Below are positions 26,960-36,590 of a DNA stretch of 64,000 bases, piece after piece; the first letter of the stretch is position 1, and each line of letters begins with the position of its first letter. The notes under the pieces are model-generated. The model saw only the letters and a list, made by a program, of their open reading frames with translations, had not been told where the DNA came from and did no database searches. The translations under genes were made by a program, and so were the position numbers. The stretch is from Sapientia aquatica. Lineage in GTDB: Bacteria > Pseudomonadota > Gammaproteobacteria > Burkholderiales > Burkholderiaceae_D. Where the stretch lies: the NCBI RefSeq assembly GCF_004358105.1, contig NZ_SMYL01000003.1:65371-129370 (forward strand). The letters run 5' to 3'.

Positions 26960-27835
26960 TTAGAACGCATACGGGGAGCGCGGATTGATCCAATATTTTG
27001 GCTCGACTTCAAACTCTTCTTTTGTGATGTGAAAATTTCGCAATAAAATCACGCGTCGCTTTTCTAATTTTAAGTCTTTCAGACCGGCGAATTCTGGGTG
27101 GTTTAGAAATAGGGTTTTGTACGATCCATCCGCGTAGGCTTTCTTCAAACCCGATTCGATTAAGTCGTGCAATTTTTGATTATCTCTATGAACAAAGAAA
27201 AAATAATCGTAGTAGGGATAGACCAGCACAATGTGATTTTCGATCACTAGATCGGGATTTTCTTTCACCGACTGGTTCCAGTAATTGTGAATATTACCGG
27301 CCCCAAAGGGAACATAATCAACGCGCGCGGCTTGGGTCATTTTAAACAGCGATTCAAACGTTCCTACGGTGCTGATCGGCAAATCATTTTCGTGCCACGC
27401 GGCGGCAATTGGCCAGCCCACGCCAAGGCCCGCTTGCAGATTTTTGAGGCCAGCGACATCATTGACCAGTGCAAATGCATTCTGCTTGTCGGCACGAATT
27501 AAGGGGATTCTGTAGCCCAATAAGCCGCGTGAAATCGGAATCATGACGGGCAATAAGTCGGTTTCTGATTGGGAGGAATTGCCCAACCAAGCGACGTCGA
27601 CATTTTTATTCATAATCTCAACCACCGCCCGAGCATCCGTCATCGGGTAGGGAGATTTCACCAACTCAAACGGCGTGCCAGACTTTTCTAATGCGAGTTT
27701 AAGTACCGCAAAACTAAATTGCAGTGCAGGATCACGGCCCTGTAAGTTGGCGTACACAATTCTTATCGGGGCGGCCGAGACGCAAACTAGGTGCGATAAC
27801 AATAAAATGGCGAAGATGAATTTTTTCATTTCCAA
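26960..27835 (-). CDS. Periplasmic solute-binding-like protein (family-3 SBP-like), orphan.
   Basis: Signal peptide and a ~270-aa two-lobed-like sequence. No adjacent permease or ATPase. Confidence 0.4.
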   Translation of the reverse strand: MEMKKFIFAILLLSHLVCVSAAPIRIVYANLQGRDPALQFSFAVLKLALEKSGTPFELVKSPYPMTDARAVVEIMNKNVDVAWLGNSSQSETDLLPVMIPISRGLLGYRIPLIRADKQNAFALVNDVAGLKNLQAGLGVGWPIAAAWHENDLPISTVGTFESLFKMTQAARVDYVPFGAGNIHNYWNQSVKENPDLVIENHIVLVYPYYDYFFFVHRDNQKLHDLIESGLKKAYADGSYKTLFLNHPEFAGLKDLKLEKRRVILLRNFHITKEEFEVEPKYWINPRSPYAF

Positions 27836-27874
27836 TATCGTCGTTGATTAAGCAATGCTAAAAAAACCAATACG

Positions 27875-29923
27875 TTAGGCTACCCTAAAATTAGCAATCT
27901 CACGTTGAAGCGTATCGGCCTGTTGGGTTAAGGCGCCGGACGCGGCGGACGTTTCTTCGACCAACGCCGCATTCTGTTGAGTTTGCTCATCAAGTGATTG
28001 AATGGATTGACCGACTTGCCCAACTCCTGCGGCTTGCTCGTTGGCCGAATTGGCAATATCGCTCAAGAACAAATTGATTTGCTTCGCATTTGTCACCATG
28101 GTCTGCATCGTAATGCCGGCTTGCTCGACGATGGATGTGCCACTGGCGATTTGATCGACGCTATTTGAAATCAGCGCTTTGATTTCTCGCGCAGCATCGG
28201 CGCTACGATGGGCTAAGCTTCTAACTTCGCTGGCAACCACCGCAAATCCACGGCCCGATTCGCCCGCTCTGGCGGCTTCGACCGCAGCGTTTAAGGCCAA
28301 GATGTTCGTTTGAAACGCAATACCGTCGATGAGGCTAATGATGTCGCTAATTTTGGCCGAAGAGGCATCGATCGATTGCATGGTTTGCACAACGGTACCA
28401 ATGACTTTGCCGCCATCCTCGGCAACTTTGGCGTTTTCAGCGGCAAAGCTGGCGGCTAATTTCGATTTTTCTGCTGTATTACCAACTGTTGAGCCAATTT
28501 CTTCCATCGCCGCAGCCTGTTCCTCTAATGCGGCTGCCGCTGCTTCCGTACGAGCCGATAGATCAAAACTGGCGGCAGAGATTTCACTACTGGTATTGTG
28601 CAGCGCTCGGGCGGAATGCCGCACTGTGCGAATCAAGGCGTGCAAGGCATCATAAGTCTCGCGCAGATCGAGAATGAGATCAGCGGTTTCATCTTTGCCG
28701 CGCGGGATATCAGGCGCTTTACGCAAATCGCCTTCTGCAACTTCTTTTAAGTGCTTGCTGATTAAACGGAATCCTCCGTTGGTCACCAAATAGAAACTAT
28801 AAAAACAATAGGCTGCTAATGCGATGCCGACGAAAATCACTGCCGAAATCCAATACAAGCTCGACATCATGCCGTTAATTCGGATAAGCAAGAGATCATC
28901 CAACGAATCGATGAGGCGCTTTGCCAGTTCATATTGTCCTTGGATGGTGCTGTTTGCCCCAGCCAAATAGGAGGATTGCGAATCCGAGCCATAGACCTGA
29001 TTATCAATCACAGTTTTTCGCGCTAATGCAAAAAACGCCGTCGATGCTTCCAAGGTTGGCGCAGCATTAATTTTGGCAGGCAGTGAAGGATCTTCTTTGG
29101 AGGCTTTGGCTAAACCGTCGCGCAGCGCCGCAAACTGAAACTCGGCAATCGGAATCATCTCGCTTAAGCTGTGTTGCTCCTGAGTGGTGATTGCTTCCGC
29201 CTTGAGCACCTTCAAACCCATGCCACGCAATTTGCCGGTGTTTTCAACAATATCCGGAATGCGATCAAACGCCGCATCCATTAAATAAAAGCTGGAGATA
29301 TCAGGATCTAGAGTTAGGTTAGACGAATCGGTGACTTTGCTTAGCAAGGCTATTAAGGCCGCGACGTGGTCGGAATGAGCTTTGAAAGCGGCGCTGCCAG
29401 TAGCCGCGGTTGCTTTGTTATAGGCCGATTGCACTTCGGCATACGCGGTGCTGGTATCAAGCTCCGCGCCTAAGCGTTTATCGACTTCTGATAGTCGTGC
29501 TTGCGCGACCTTTAACTTTTCATTGACCTCAGCAAGAGTGCTGGGCGCAGTGCCGGTCGCAGCAAGTGCCACAGAATCTCGTCGAAGTTGCTGGGCCAGA
29601 TCAATGACAGGGAAAATCTCTTTGTTGTATTCGACACCGAGGCGTTCTTTAGTCGAAAAATGAATTTGATCCAGCATGCTGCTGTAGTAGACCCAAGAAA
29701 CCAACAGCATCGGTATTAAAAACATGCATGAAATGACAAATACTTTAGACCTAAATCGAAGGTTTTCGAATACACCGACTCCCAAGGCCCAAATTGGATT
29801 TTTATAAAACACATTTTTGGACGCTCGAACGCCAGCGGGAGCGGCAAGAAATTGTTGTAATTCTGGGCTAATTGCGCCCTGTGCAGACGCGTTATTTAAC
29901 TTGGCTAACTCTGTAGACATCAA
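27875..29923 (-). CDS. Methyl-accepting chemotaxis protein (periplasmic sensor, HAMP, MCP signalling domain).
   Basis: Highly conserved signalling hairpin (IDGIAFQTNILALNAAVEAARAGESGRGFAVVASEVRSLA). The architecture is paralogous to the other two MCPs. Confidence 0.9.
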   Translation of the reverse strand: MMSTELAKLNNASAQGAISPELQQFLAAPAGVRASKNVFYKNPIWALGVGVFENLRFRSKVFVISCMFLIPMLLVSWVYYSSMLDQIHFSTKERLGVEYNKEIFPVIDLAQQLRRDSVALAATGTAPSTLAEVNEKLKVAQARLSEVDKRLGAELDTSTAYAEVQSAYNKATAATGSAAFKAHSDHVAALIALLSKVTDSSNLTLDPDISSFYLMDAAFDRIPDIVENTGKLRGMGLKVLKAEAITTQEQHSLSEMIPIAEFQFAALRDGLAKASKEDPSLPAKINAAPTLEASTAFFALARKTVIDNQVYGSDSQSSYLAGANSTIQGQYELAKRLIDSLDDLLLIRINGMMSSLYWISAVIFVGIALAAYCFYSFYLVTNGGFRLISKHLKEVAEGDLRKAPDIPRGKDETADLILDLRETYDALHALIRTVRHSARALHNTSSEISAASFDLSARTEAAAAALEEQAAAMEEIGSTVGNTAEKSKLAASFAAENAKVAEDGGKVIGTVVQTMQSIDASSAKISDIISLIDGIAFQTNILALNAAVEAARAGESGRGFAVVASEVRSLAHRSADAAREIKALISNSVDQIASGTSIVEQAGITMQTMVTNAKQINLFLSDIANSANEQAAGVGQVGQSIQSLDEQTQQNAALVEETSAASGALTQQADTLQREIANFRVA

Positions 29924-29959
29924 TCTTCCTCGGTAAAATTAGACGCCACAAAGACTCAT

Positions 29960-30412
29960 CTAACTGCGTTTAACTTGATACAAAACTCGCTTAATTTCAG
30001 CATCTAATGCAGCCAAGTTGATAGGCTTTTGTACATATCCGTCGGCCCCCGCCTGTTTTAACCTAGACACATCATTCGGCTCGGCGTGACCGGTCAGCAT
30101 AATAATTGGCTGGTGCCGGGCGCTTGATTTTTCTTGTGCGCGAATCAATGCCAGCGCTTGGAGCCCGTCCATCACCGGCATCATCACGTCCATCAACACG
30201 ACATCAAATGAACGCTGCGCCATGCACGCTAGCGCCTTGCTCCCATCCTCCACAACCACGCCGGAGTACCCTAATGCGTTCAACATCGTGATCGCAACGC
30301 GTTGCATCAGGTAATCGTCGTCAACGACTAGTAACGACAAGGAAGTGTGCGCGCTTGTTGGATTATTCATGTCGATAAGTATGGGATGTGCAAACGATTT
30401 CACCATGCACAC
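29960..30412 (-). CDS. Single-domain CheY-like response regulator (receiver only).
   Basis: LLVVDDD...VLMDVMMPVMDGL...GADGYVQKP are receiver motifs. The start is ambiguous (Met at 30412 or 30370). Confidence 0.8.
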   Translation of the reverse strand: MCMVKSFAHPILIDMNNPTSAHTSLSLLVVDDDYLMQRVAITMLNALGYSGVVVEDGSKALACMAQRSFDVVLMDVMMPVMDGLQALALIRAQEKSSARHQPIIMLTGHAEPNDVSRLKQAGADGYVQKPINLAALDAEIKRVLYQVKRS

Positions 30413-30976
30413 TTTACTTCAATATAGGAGATGAATCTTGGAAAATCCAAGAAAAAAGGGAAGATGCTGAAAAAGGCCGCAGAAGCCAGCAAAAAAACAG
30501 GACAAGTCAGGAATTGATTGAATTATTGCCATAAATTCAAATGGTAGTACTTTGAGCAACTCCACAATCTGGCGCCACCATTTGACCAATTAGCGGTAAG
30601 CCTAACAATCAGTGCGATATTTCGTCATAAGTCGCCCCCTGCCTCATGCGCTGAATAATCGGTATCGCGTATTCACGCCAAAATCTGATTAATCGCTGTA
30701 CCAATTTCGCACCGTTCATCCAAATCGTTAAAGGTGGTCTTTTGTGCAAACCAATCGCTGACTGCATTCACTTTTCTCGATTAATGCAATTCAACAAGCG
30801 CATCGCTCCCGTTGTAGCTACTTGGACCAATGCCTAAAACCGGGTGGTAAAACCGCGCACCAATTACCGTTGCAGCCGCTATTGCCCAAGTCGATGATGA
30901 TGACCGCAGTGAGCCACTGGAGCCGCTGCTGGGAGTTACCTGCCCGACAGGTAAAAATAATGGAAAGAAGGTTGGT

Positions 30977-33025
30977 ATGGAATTCTTCGATAGCATCTCT
31001 AGTCATCTTGGCTTGATTAGCGCCATCGCGATTCTGTTGATCGCTTTGGTGTTTTGGAAATCCGTTTTGCATTTGTTTGGGGTCATCATGATTCCCGACG
31101 ATTCGCTAGGAACTGTGACTAAGAAATTTGTTTTATTTGGCTCAAATCGCCGCATGCCAGATGGCCAAATTATTGCACTTGAGGGTGAGGCTGGATTTCA
31201 AGCCGACACCTTGCCACCGGGATTACACATTGGCTTATGGCCTTGGCAGTATGCGGTTGAGTTGATTAAGTTTCAGACTATTCCGCAAGGTAAAGTCGGC
31301 GTGGTGCAAGCCTGCGATGGCAAACCTTTACAAAAAGGTCGCATTATTGCTGACGATTGCGACTGTAATTTGTATCAAGATGCGCGTGCATTTTTAAAAA
31401 ATGGCGGTCAACGTGGTCCACAAATGCGCATTATTCCGCCCGGCACTTATCGGATTAATCCATTGTTATTTACGATTAAAACTATGGATGCGTTTGAAGT
31501 TCCTTCGGGCAAATTAGGCGTGGTGGAATCGCGCGATGGCGCTGCTTTAGGCACTGGTCGAGTTATCGCCAAGGGCGTCGATTGCGATTCGTATCAAGAC
31601 CCCAAAGCGTTCTTTGAACACGGCGGACAACGTGGCCCTCAATCCAAAGTCGTGCCACCTGGGATTTACTACATCAATCCAGTTTTATTTGATGTGCAAT
31701 GCGTCTCAGTGGTCGATATTCCGGACAACAAAGTCGGCGTTGTGACGACTAGCGAAGGTCGCTCCTTAGCACAAGGTGAAATCGCTGGTGAATTAATCGA
31801 AGGCCACAGCATGTATCAAGACGCCGATGCGTTCTTAAAAAATGGTGGTTACAAAGGTCTGCAAGAGCAAGTGTTATTAGCGGGTCGCTATTTTATTAAC
31901 CCACGCTTTGCAACGGTAGAAATTGTGGAAATGTCGATGGTTCCCATTGCTAATGTCGGTGTGGTCATCGCCTACGTCGGTCGCGAAGGCCAAGACGTCA
32001 CCGGCGACGGTTTTAAACACGGCAATCTGGTCACGCCCGGCGAAAAAGGCGTGTGGGTGACACCGCTTGATCCGGGTAAATATCCCATCAATCCGTACAC
32101 CCATAAATTGGTGACTGTACCAACCGCTAATGTGGTCTTGAACTGGGCGACCGGCAAAACAGAAGCACATAAATTGGACGCCAATTTATCGACTATCACG
32201 GTGCGCTCGGCCGATGGATTTAAGTTTAATTTGGACGTCTCGCAAATTATTCATATTCCGAGCAAAGATGCGCCAAAAGTGATTGCCCGATTTGGCGATA
32301 TGAGCGCACTAGTCACGCAAGTATTGGAGCCAACCATTGGTAACTATTTCCGCAATGCGGCGCAAGGTAGCGACATTATCGATTTCTTAAAAAATCGCAC
32401 CAAACGGCAGGACGAAGCACGCTTAGCCATTTCGGCAGCCTTGGTTGAATACAATGTCGGCGCAGTCGATACCTTGATTGGCGACATCGTGCCACCAGAA
32501 GATTTAATGCGCACCTTGACTGATCGTAAAATCGCCGAGCAAGAACGGGTGACATACGAAACCCAACGCGAGGCACAAGGTGTGCGCCAAGCTTTGGAGC
32601 AAGCAACGGCCTTAGCCAATACACAGGCGCACGTGGTGGATGCAGAACGTCGGGTGCAAATTGCTGAATTTGATGCCCAAGCAGCGGTGAAATCGGCGGA
32701 AGGTAATGCTAAATCGAAAACGATTAACGCCGAAGCCGACGCCACCGTGTTGCGCACTGTCGGTGAAGCCGAAGGCGCGAAAATTTTGGCCGTCGGCGGG
32801 TCTGAAGCGCAAGTCATTCAACAAAAAGTGGATGCGATGGATGCAGGTAACTATGCGGTGGTGCAAGTGGCCGACGCATTAGCCAAAGGCGGCATCAAAA
32901 TCGTCCCCGACATTGTCGCCGGTGGTAACGGTGAAGGTGGAATGGGTGGTGGATTGATTAGCGTATTATTGGGTAATTTGGTACGGGATCAAATGAACGG
33001 TTCTGCCACACGCAGCAATAATTAA
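30977..33025 (+). CDS. Flotillin-like (YqiK/SPFH-related) membrane protein with four N-terminal ~73-aa tandem repeats, a coiled-coil region and a Gly-rich tail.
   Basis: N-terminal TM segment. Four repeats share the pattern VGVV...G..I.....YQD..AF...GG.RG.Q...PPG.Y.INP.LF. The C-terminal coiled coil and the tail GGNGEGGMGGG resemble E. coli YqiK. Confidence 0.6.
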   Translation: MEFFDSISSHLGLISAIAILLIALVFWKSVLHLFGVIMIPDDSLGTVTKKFVLFGSNRRMPDGQIIALEGEAGFQADTLPPGLHIGLWPWQYAVELIKFQTIPQGKVGVVQACDGKPLQKGRIIADDCDCNLYQDARAFLKNGGQRGPQMRIIPPGTYRINPLLFTIKTMDAFEVPSGKLGVVESRDGAALGTGRVIAKGVDCDSYQDPKAFFEHGGQRGPQSKVVPPGIYYINPVLFDVQCVSVVDIPDNKVGVVTTSEGRSLAQGEIAGELIEGHSMYQDADAFLKNGGYKGLQEQVLLAGRYFINPRFATVEIVEMSMVPIANVGVVIAYVGREGQDVTGDGFKHGNLVTPGEKGVWVTPLDPGKYPINPYTHKLVTVPTANVVLNWATGKTEAHKLDANLSTITVRSADGFKFNLDVSQIIHIPSKDAPKVIARFGDMSALVTQVLEPTIGNYFRNAAQGSDIIDFLKNRTKRQDEARLAISAALVEYNVGAVDTLIGDIVPPEDLMRTLTDRKIAEQERVTYETQREAQGVRQALEQATALANTQAHVVDAERRVQIAEFDAQAAVKSAEGNAKSKTINAEADATVLRTVGEAEGAKILAVGGSEAQVIQQKVDAMDAGNYAVVQVADALAKGGIKIVPDIVAGGNGEGGMGGGLISVLLGNLVRDQMNGSATRSNN

Positions 33026-33046
33026 TCACCGCATGGTAAAAGAGAA

Positions 33047-33081
33047 GCGTCGCACATTAATTTGTGCGGCGCTTTTTTTTA
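33047..33081 (+). terminator. Rho-independent terminator.
   Basis: gcgtcgcaca...tgtgcggcgc stem followed by T8. Confidence 0.75.
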
Positions 33082-33287
33082 TGCCTTAACAACGTTAAGT
33101 ACAACGTCATCGCTCAAACGAGAAAAACCCAGAACCGGCAACTCTAGTCAGCCTTTTTCCTTAAACAGTTAGCAAATACCAACCGTAATCTGCCTTTAAA
33201 AAAATCATGCAAAATTTTTCGACAAGTTCCTATAATGAATCGTAAGGAAGCCTGTTCGCACTGACCTACTTCGCATCATCCTTAATT

Positions 33288-33680
33288 ATGAAAAACACAT
33301 TAACCATTTTAATCGTCGATGACAGTGAAATAATCCGTGAGCTGCTCAAGTTGACCCTACAGAAATTAGGGCACAACGGTGTCATGGTCAACAATGGCGA
33401 GGAAGCATTGCGCTGTTTAGATGAGCGCGCCTTTGATTTGGTGTTGATGGATGTGACCATGCCGGTGATGGATGGACTCAGCGCATTAAAATTGCTGCGC
33501 CAAAAAGAACAACTCTCGAATCAGGTCAATGTACGCCAACCCGTGATTTTAATTACTGGCAATGATCTGCCTAGCGATCTCGAAAAATTCCTGGATGCGG
33601 GAGCCGATGGCTTTGTGTCCAAGCCAGTTAATCTGGAAGCACTAAAGAATGAAATCAATAACGTCATGGCGGGTAGATAG
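33288..33680 (+). CDS. Single-domain CheY-like response regulator (receiver only), paralogue of 29960-30412.
   Basis: ILIVDDSE...VLMDVTMPVMDGL...GADGFVSKP. Confidence 0.8.
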   Translation: MKNTLTILIVDDSEIIRELLKLTLQKLGHNGVMVNNGEEALRCLDERAFDLVLMDVTMPVMDGLSALKLLRQKEQLSNQVNVRQPVILITGNDLPSDLEKFLDAGADGFVSKPVNLEALKNEINNVMAGR

Positions 33681-33707
33681 CCTTGGCTTGAATTGTAAAG
33701 TTTAGAT

Positions 33708-35654
33708 TTAGCGCACTTTAAAATTAGCGATTTCCTGCTCCAACATGCCCGCCTGATTCAATAGCGACTCTGCCGCCGATTTGGTTTTTTCTACCATCTC
33801 TAAATTCGATTGCGTTTCCTCGTTCAGACTTTCGATGGCGTTGCTGACCGATTCAACTTGGCGCGATTGCTGCATCGCTGTTGCTGATATTTCGCCTAAA
33901 AACTGATTCATCTTATTGGCGTTAGCGACCACTTCTTGCATCGTATTGCCAGCGCGCTCGACTGTACTTGAGCCTTGATTGATGCGCGCAACGCTGGATG
34001 AAATCAATTGTTTAATTTCGCCTGCTGCCGCAGCGCTGCGATGCGCAAGATTACGTACTTCGCTCGCCACCACAGCAAAGCCACGACCAGATTCCCCAGC
34101 CCGAGCCGCTTCAACCGCAGCATTCAACGCCAAAATATTAGTTTGAAACGCGATGGAATCAATCACGCTAATGATGTCGCCGATTTTGGATGAAGAGGAT
34201 TGAATTTCGCGCATCGTCTCTACCACTTCACCAATGACCATTCCGCCATGTTCGGCAACATGAGAATTCTCTTTAGAAAATTGTGCGACTGTTTCGGTGC
34301 GCTCAGCGGACTGCACTACGTCAGCGGCAATCTGTTTCATCATCGCCAACTGCAATTGCAAAGTCTGGCTGGTTTGCTTGGTTCCCGCGGAGGTGTCGTT
34401 GCTGCGCTCCGAAATATAATCGCCGGTTGCCCGCAGTTCTTTCGCGCTATGGCGCACCCGTCGAATCAACGCGTGCAGCGAATCATAGGCCGCGCGCAAG
34501 TCGATGAGCACCATCGCCGGTTCATCTTTTCCTCTGGGTGCTTCGGGAAAATAACGCAAGTCGCCCACGGACATTTGGGCTAAGTGCCGACTAATAACTG
34601 TTAAACCGTGCTTGGTGACAAAGTAAAACGAAATAAATAAATATCCGGCTAGCAGCAAGCTCGATCCGATCAAAATTAGTACAAAGGTTTGTTGCATGAC
34701 TAATTGGTTGGCATGTTTTGTTAAGAGATTATCCAATTCCGTTAGCGTTATTTTTTGCAGTTCTGCATAGTCGCCCAAGGCTTTTCGAGTCGCTTTAGTG
34801 AAACGCTCTTCATTCCCCGAGACGTCCGCGCCCAAAAAATAATGGCGCGCTAATCCGCGAAATTCTGACGTGCTCGGCAAATCGGCATTGAGCTTGTTTT
34901 TGATCGCCTCGCTCCCACTTTTGGCGTTTTGAAGACTGGCTTGAATTTGTGTTTCTAGGTATTCGATTAAAGGCAACCGATCCGAAATTAAGCGTTGTTG
35001 CTGCGGATTGATTTCATTGGCTTTTAAAATCTGCTGACTGGCTGCCAAGACGTGCGAAGTTTGGTCGAGAACCAACGGAATATTGTGCAGGCCAACTACC
35101 GCCAAATTGTTAGCGACATTATCTGGCTCGTCCAACAAGCCTGACTCGCGGATGATTGTTTGGAGTAAATCTAGTTGACTGGTAACGAACTGAGTATAAA
35201 TTGCTAGCTCATCGCTTGGGTCGCTACCTGCTTTCGCCGGTGGTGGCAACGCGCTAGGCAATTGATCAAATACCTTAGCGTCAACCGAATTGGTAGCAAA
35301 TTCTTGACGTAGTTTTTGCAGTTGCTGAAATTTTTCGCCATAAGTCGTCAGGGCGTCATCCCATCCTGTCTGCGCCTGCGATGTTTGCGCGACTTCCACC
35401 GCGCGTTCTCTTTGTGCCTCGGTAAGTTCTAGCAAAGGCAAAACGCCTCGCGCGTAGGCCAAACCTAACTTTTCTTTTTTTGTATCCGCTAATTTAACGG
35501 CAATATCGTTAAGCAGATAGCCGCTTAATAAAAATATCGGCAACAAGAACACAACCGAAATAGTGATGGCCTTCATGGAGAAGGTCATCTGCATAAACAG
35601 GTTAATGCCGGGCTTCCAAATACTGAAGCGGTTTGAATTGTTATTTTCGGCCAT
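33708..35654 (-). CDS. Methyl-accepting chemotaxis protein.
   Basis: Conserved MCP signalling domain and HAMP. Same N-terminal architecture as the other two MCPs. Confidence 0.9.
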   Translation of the reverse strand: MAENNNSNRFSIWKPGINLFMQMTFSMKAITISVVFLLPIFLLSGYLLNDIAVKLADTKKEKLGLAYARGVLPLLELTEAQRERAVEVAQTSQAQTGWDDALTTYGEKFQQLQKLRQEFATNSVDAKVFDQLPSALPPPAKAGSDPSDELAIYTQFVTSQLDLLQTIIRESGLLDEPDNVANNLAVVGLHNIPLVLDQTSHVLAASQQILKANEINPQQQRLISDRLPLIEYLETQIQASLQNAKSGSEAIKNKLNADLPSTSEFRGLARHYFLGADVSGNEERFTKATRKALGDYAELQKITLTELDNLLTKHANQLVMQQTFVLILIGSSLLLAGYLFISFYFVTKHGLTVISRHLAQMSVGDLRYFPEAPRGKDEPAMVLIDLRAAYDSLHALIRRVRHSAKELRATGDYISERSNDTSAGTKQTSQTLQLQLAMMKQIAADVVQSAERTETVAQFSKENSHVAEHGGMVIGEVVETMREIQSSSSKIGDIISVIDSIAFQTNILALNAAVEAARAGESGRGFAVVASEVRNLAHRSAAAAGEIKQLISSSVARINQGSSTVERAGNTMQEVVANANKMNQFLGEISATAMQQSRQVESVSNAIESLNEETQSNLEMVEKTKSAAESLLNQAGMLEQEIANFKVR

Positions 35655-35662
35655 AGCTAACT

Positions 35663-36061
35663 TTATTGTTTGGTGCTTAAGGACCGAACGTAGGAAGTGA
35701 CGTCATGAATTTGCTCGTCGGTTAATTCCTCACCCCAGGGCGGCATTTTGGGTGAACGCCCCATAAATTCACCACCCTTTTTCACAATCATGCTGATGTA
35801 TGCGTCGGGCTTATCGGTAGTGCGCAAATTGGCGGGACGCGGATTGTAAAGTTTGGCGGCGCGACCATTTCCATCGGCATTCATTCCGTGGCACGTGACG
35901 CAATAGTTAGCAAAGACTAAGCCGCCGCGAAAAATGGCAGCATCTTTACTATCTCTTGGTAATAAAACACCCTGCGGATCTGATGGTGCTGTTTGCGCGA
36001 TACCGGCGCAACTTGTGATGCAAAAGACCAGACTTAAGGCAGTGCGGCTAATCATTTTCAT
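35663..36061 (-). CDS. Periplasmic mono-haem c-type cytochrome.
   Basis: Signal peptide, CVTCHG haem-binding motif and distal KMPPWG. The start is taken at MKMISRT, whose ATG overlaps the upstream cupredoxin stop as ATGA. Confidence 0.75.
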   Translation of the reverse strand: MKMISRTALSLVFCITSCAGIAQTAPSDPQGVLLPRDSKDAAIFRGGLVFANYCVTCHGMNADGNGRAAKLYNPRPANLRTTDKPDAYISMIVKKGGEFMGRSPKMPPWGEELTDEQIHDVTSYVRSLSTKQ

Positions 36062-36393
36062 TTCTCTACCTCGACGGTCATCTTCATATTCGGATGCACT
36101 GCACACTCAACTTCAACTGTGCCAGGTTTATCAAACGTGACCGACTTGGAATAGCCTTTTGGGTAGGTTCCTAGATCAAAACTCTTTGCCTCAGAAAGCG
36201 AATACACATTGTGTGAGAACGGATCGGTATTGGTAAATTTAACCGTGTCACCTACTTTTACTTTTAACTTTTTAACCGAAAAATTTTTATCTTTTTGGAG
36301 CACTTCTTGCTCGGCTGCGAAAGTTAAATCAGATAGCAAAAATAATGTACTGATTAGAACTAAATTTTTAAACATACGATGTGTAAAGCACAT
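36058..36393 (-). CDS. Amicyanin/pseudoazurin-like type-1 copper protein (cupredoxin).
   Basis: Signal peptide. Ligand pattern H (FSHNVYS) ... C-x2-H-x2-M (ECAVHPNM) matches amicyanin. AGGAG RBS. Confidence 0.75.
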   Translation of the reverse strand: MCFTHRMFKNLVLISTLFLLSDLTFAAEQEVLQKDKNFSVKKLKVKVGDTVKFTNTDPFSHNVYSLSEAKSFDLGTYPKGYSKSVTFDKPGTVEVECAVHPNMKMTVEVEK

Positions 36394-36590
36394 GAGAAAC
36401 TCCTAGGAAAAAAATGAAGGGAGATAGAACACTGAAAGGACAAGTCTGCATTGAATTCATCTGGATTTAGCATATGCTGCAGAAGCCAAGTATTCAAGGC
36501 AGTATTGAACTGTGAACTACTAAATCGCGTTAATAAAACATTTCAAAAAAATTGGCTTGGCAGGTATTAATTTAACGTTAGGAGACGGTA

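Noticed and set aside
30430-30486. 18-codon ORF MLKKAAEASKKTGQVRN in the RR/flotillin intergenic region.
   Set aside because: Lys/Ala low complexity. No RBS. Likely chance.
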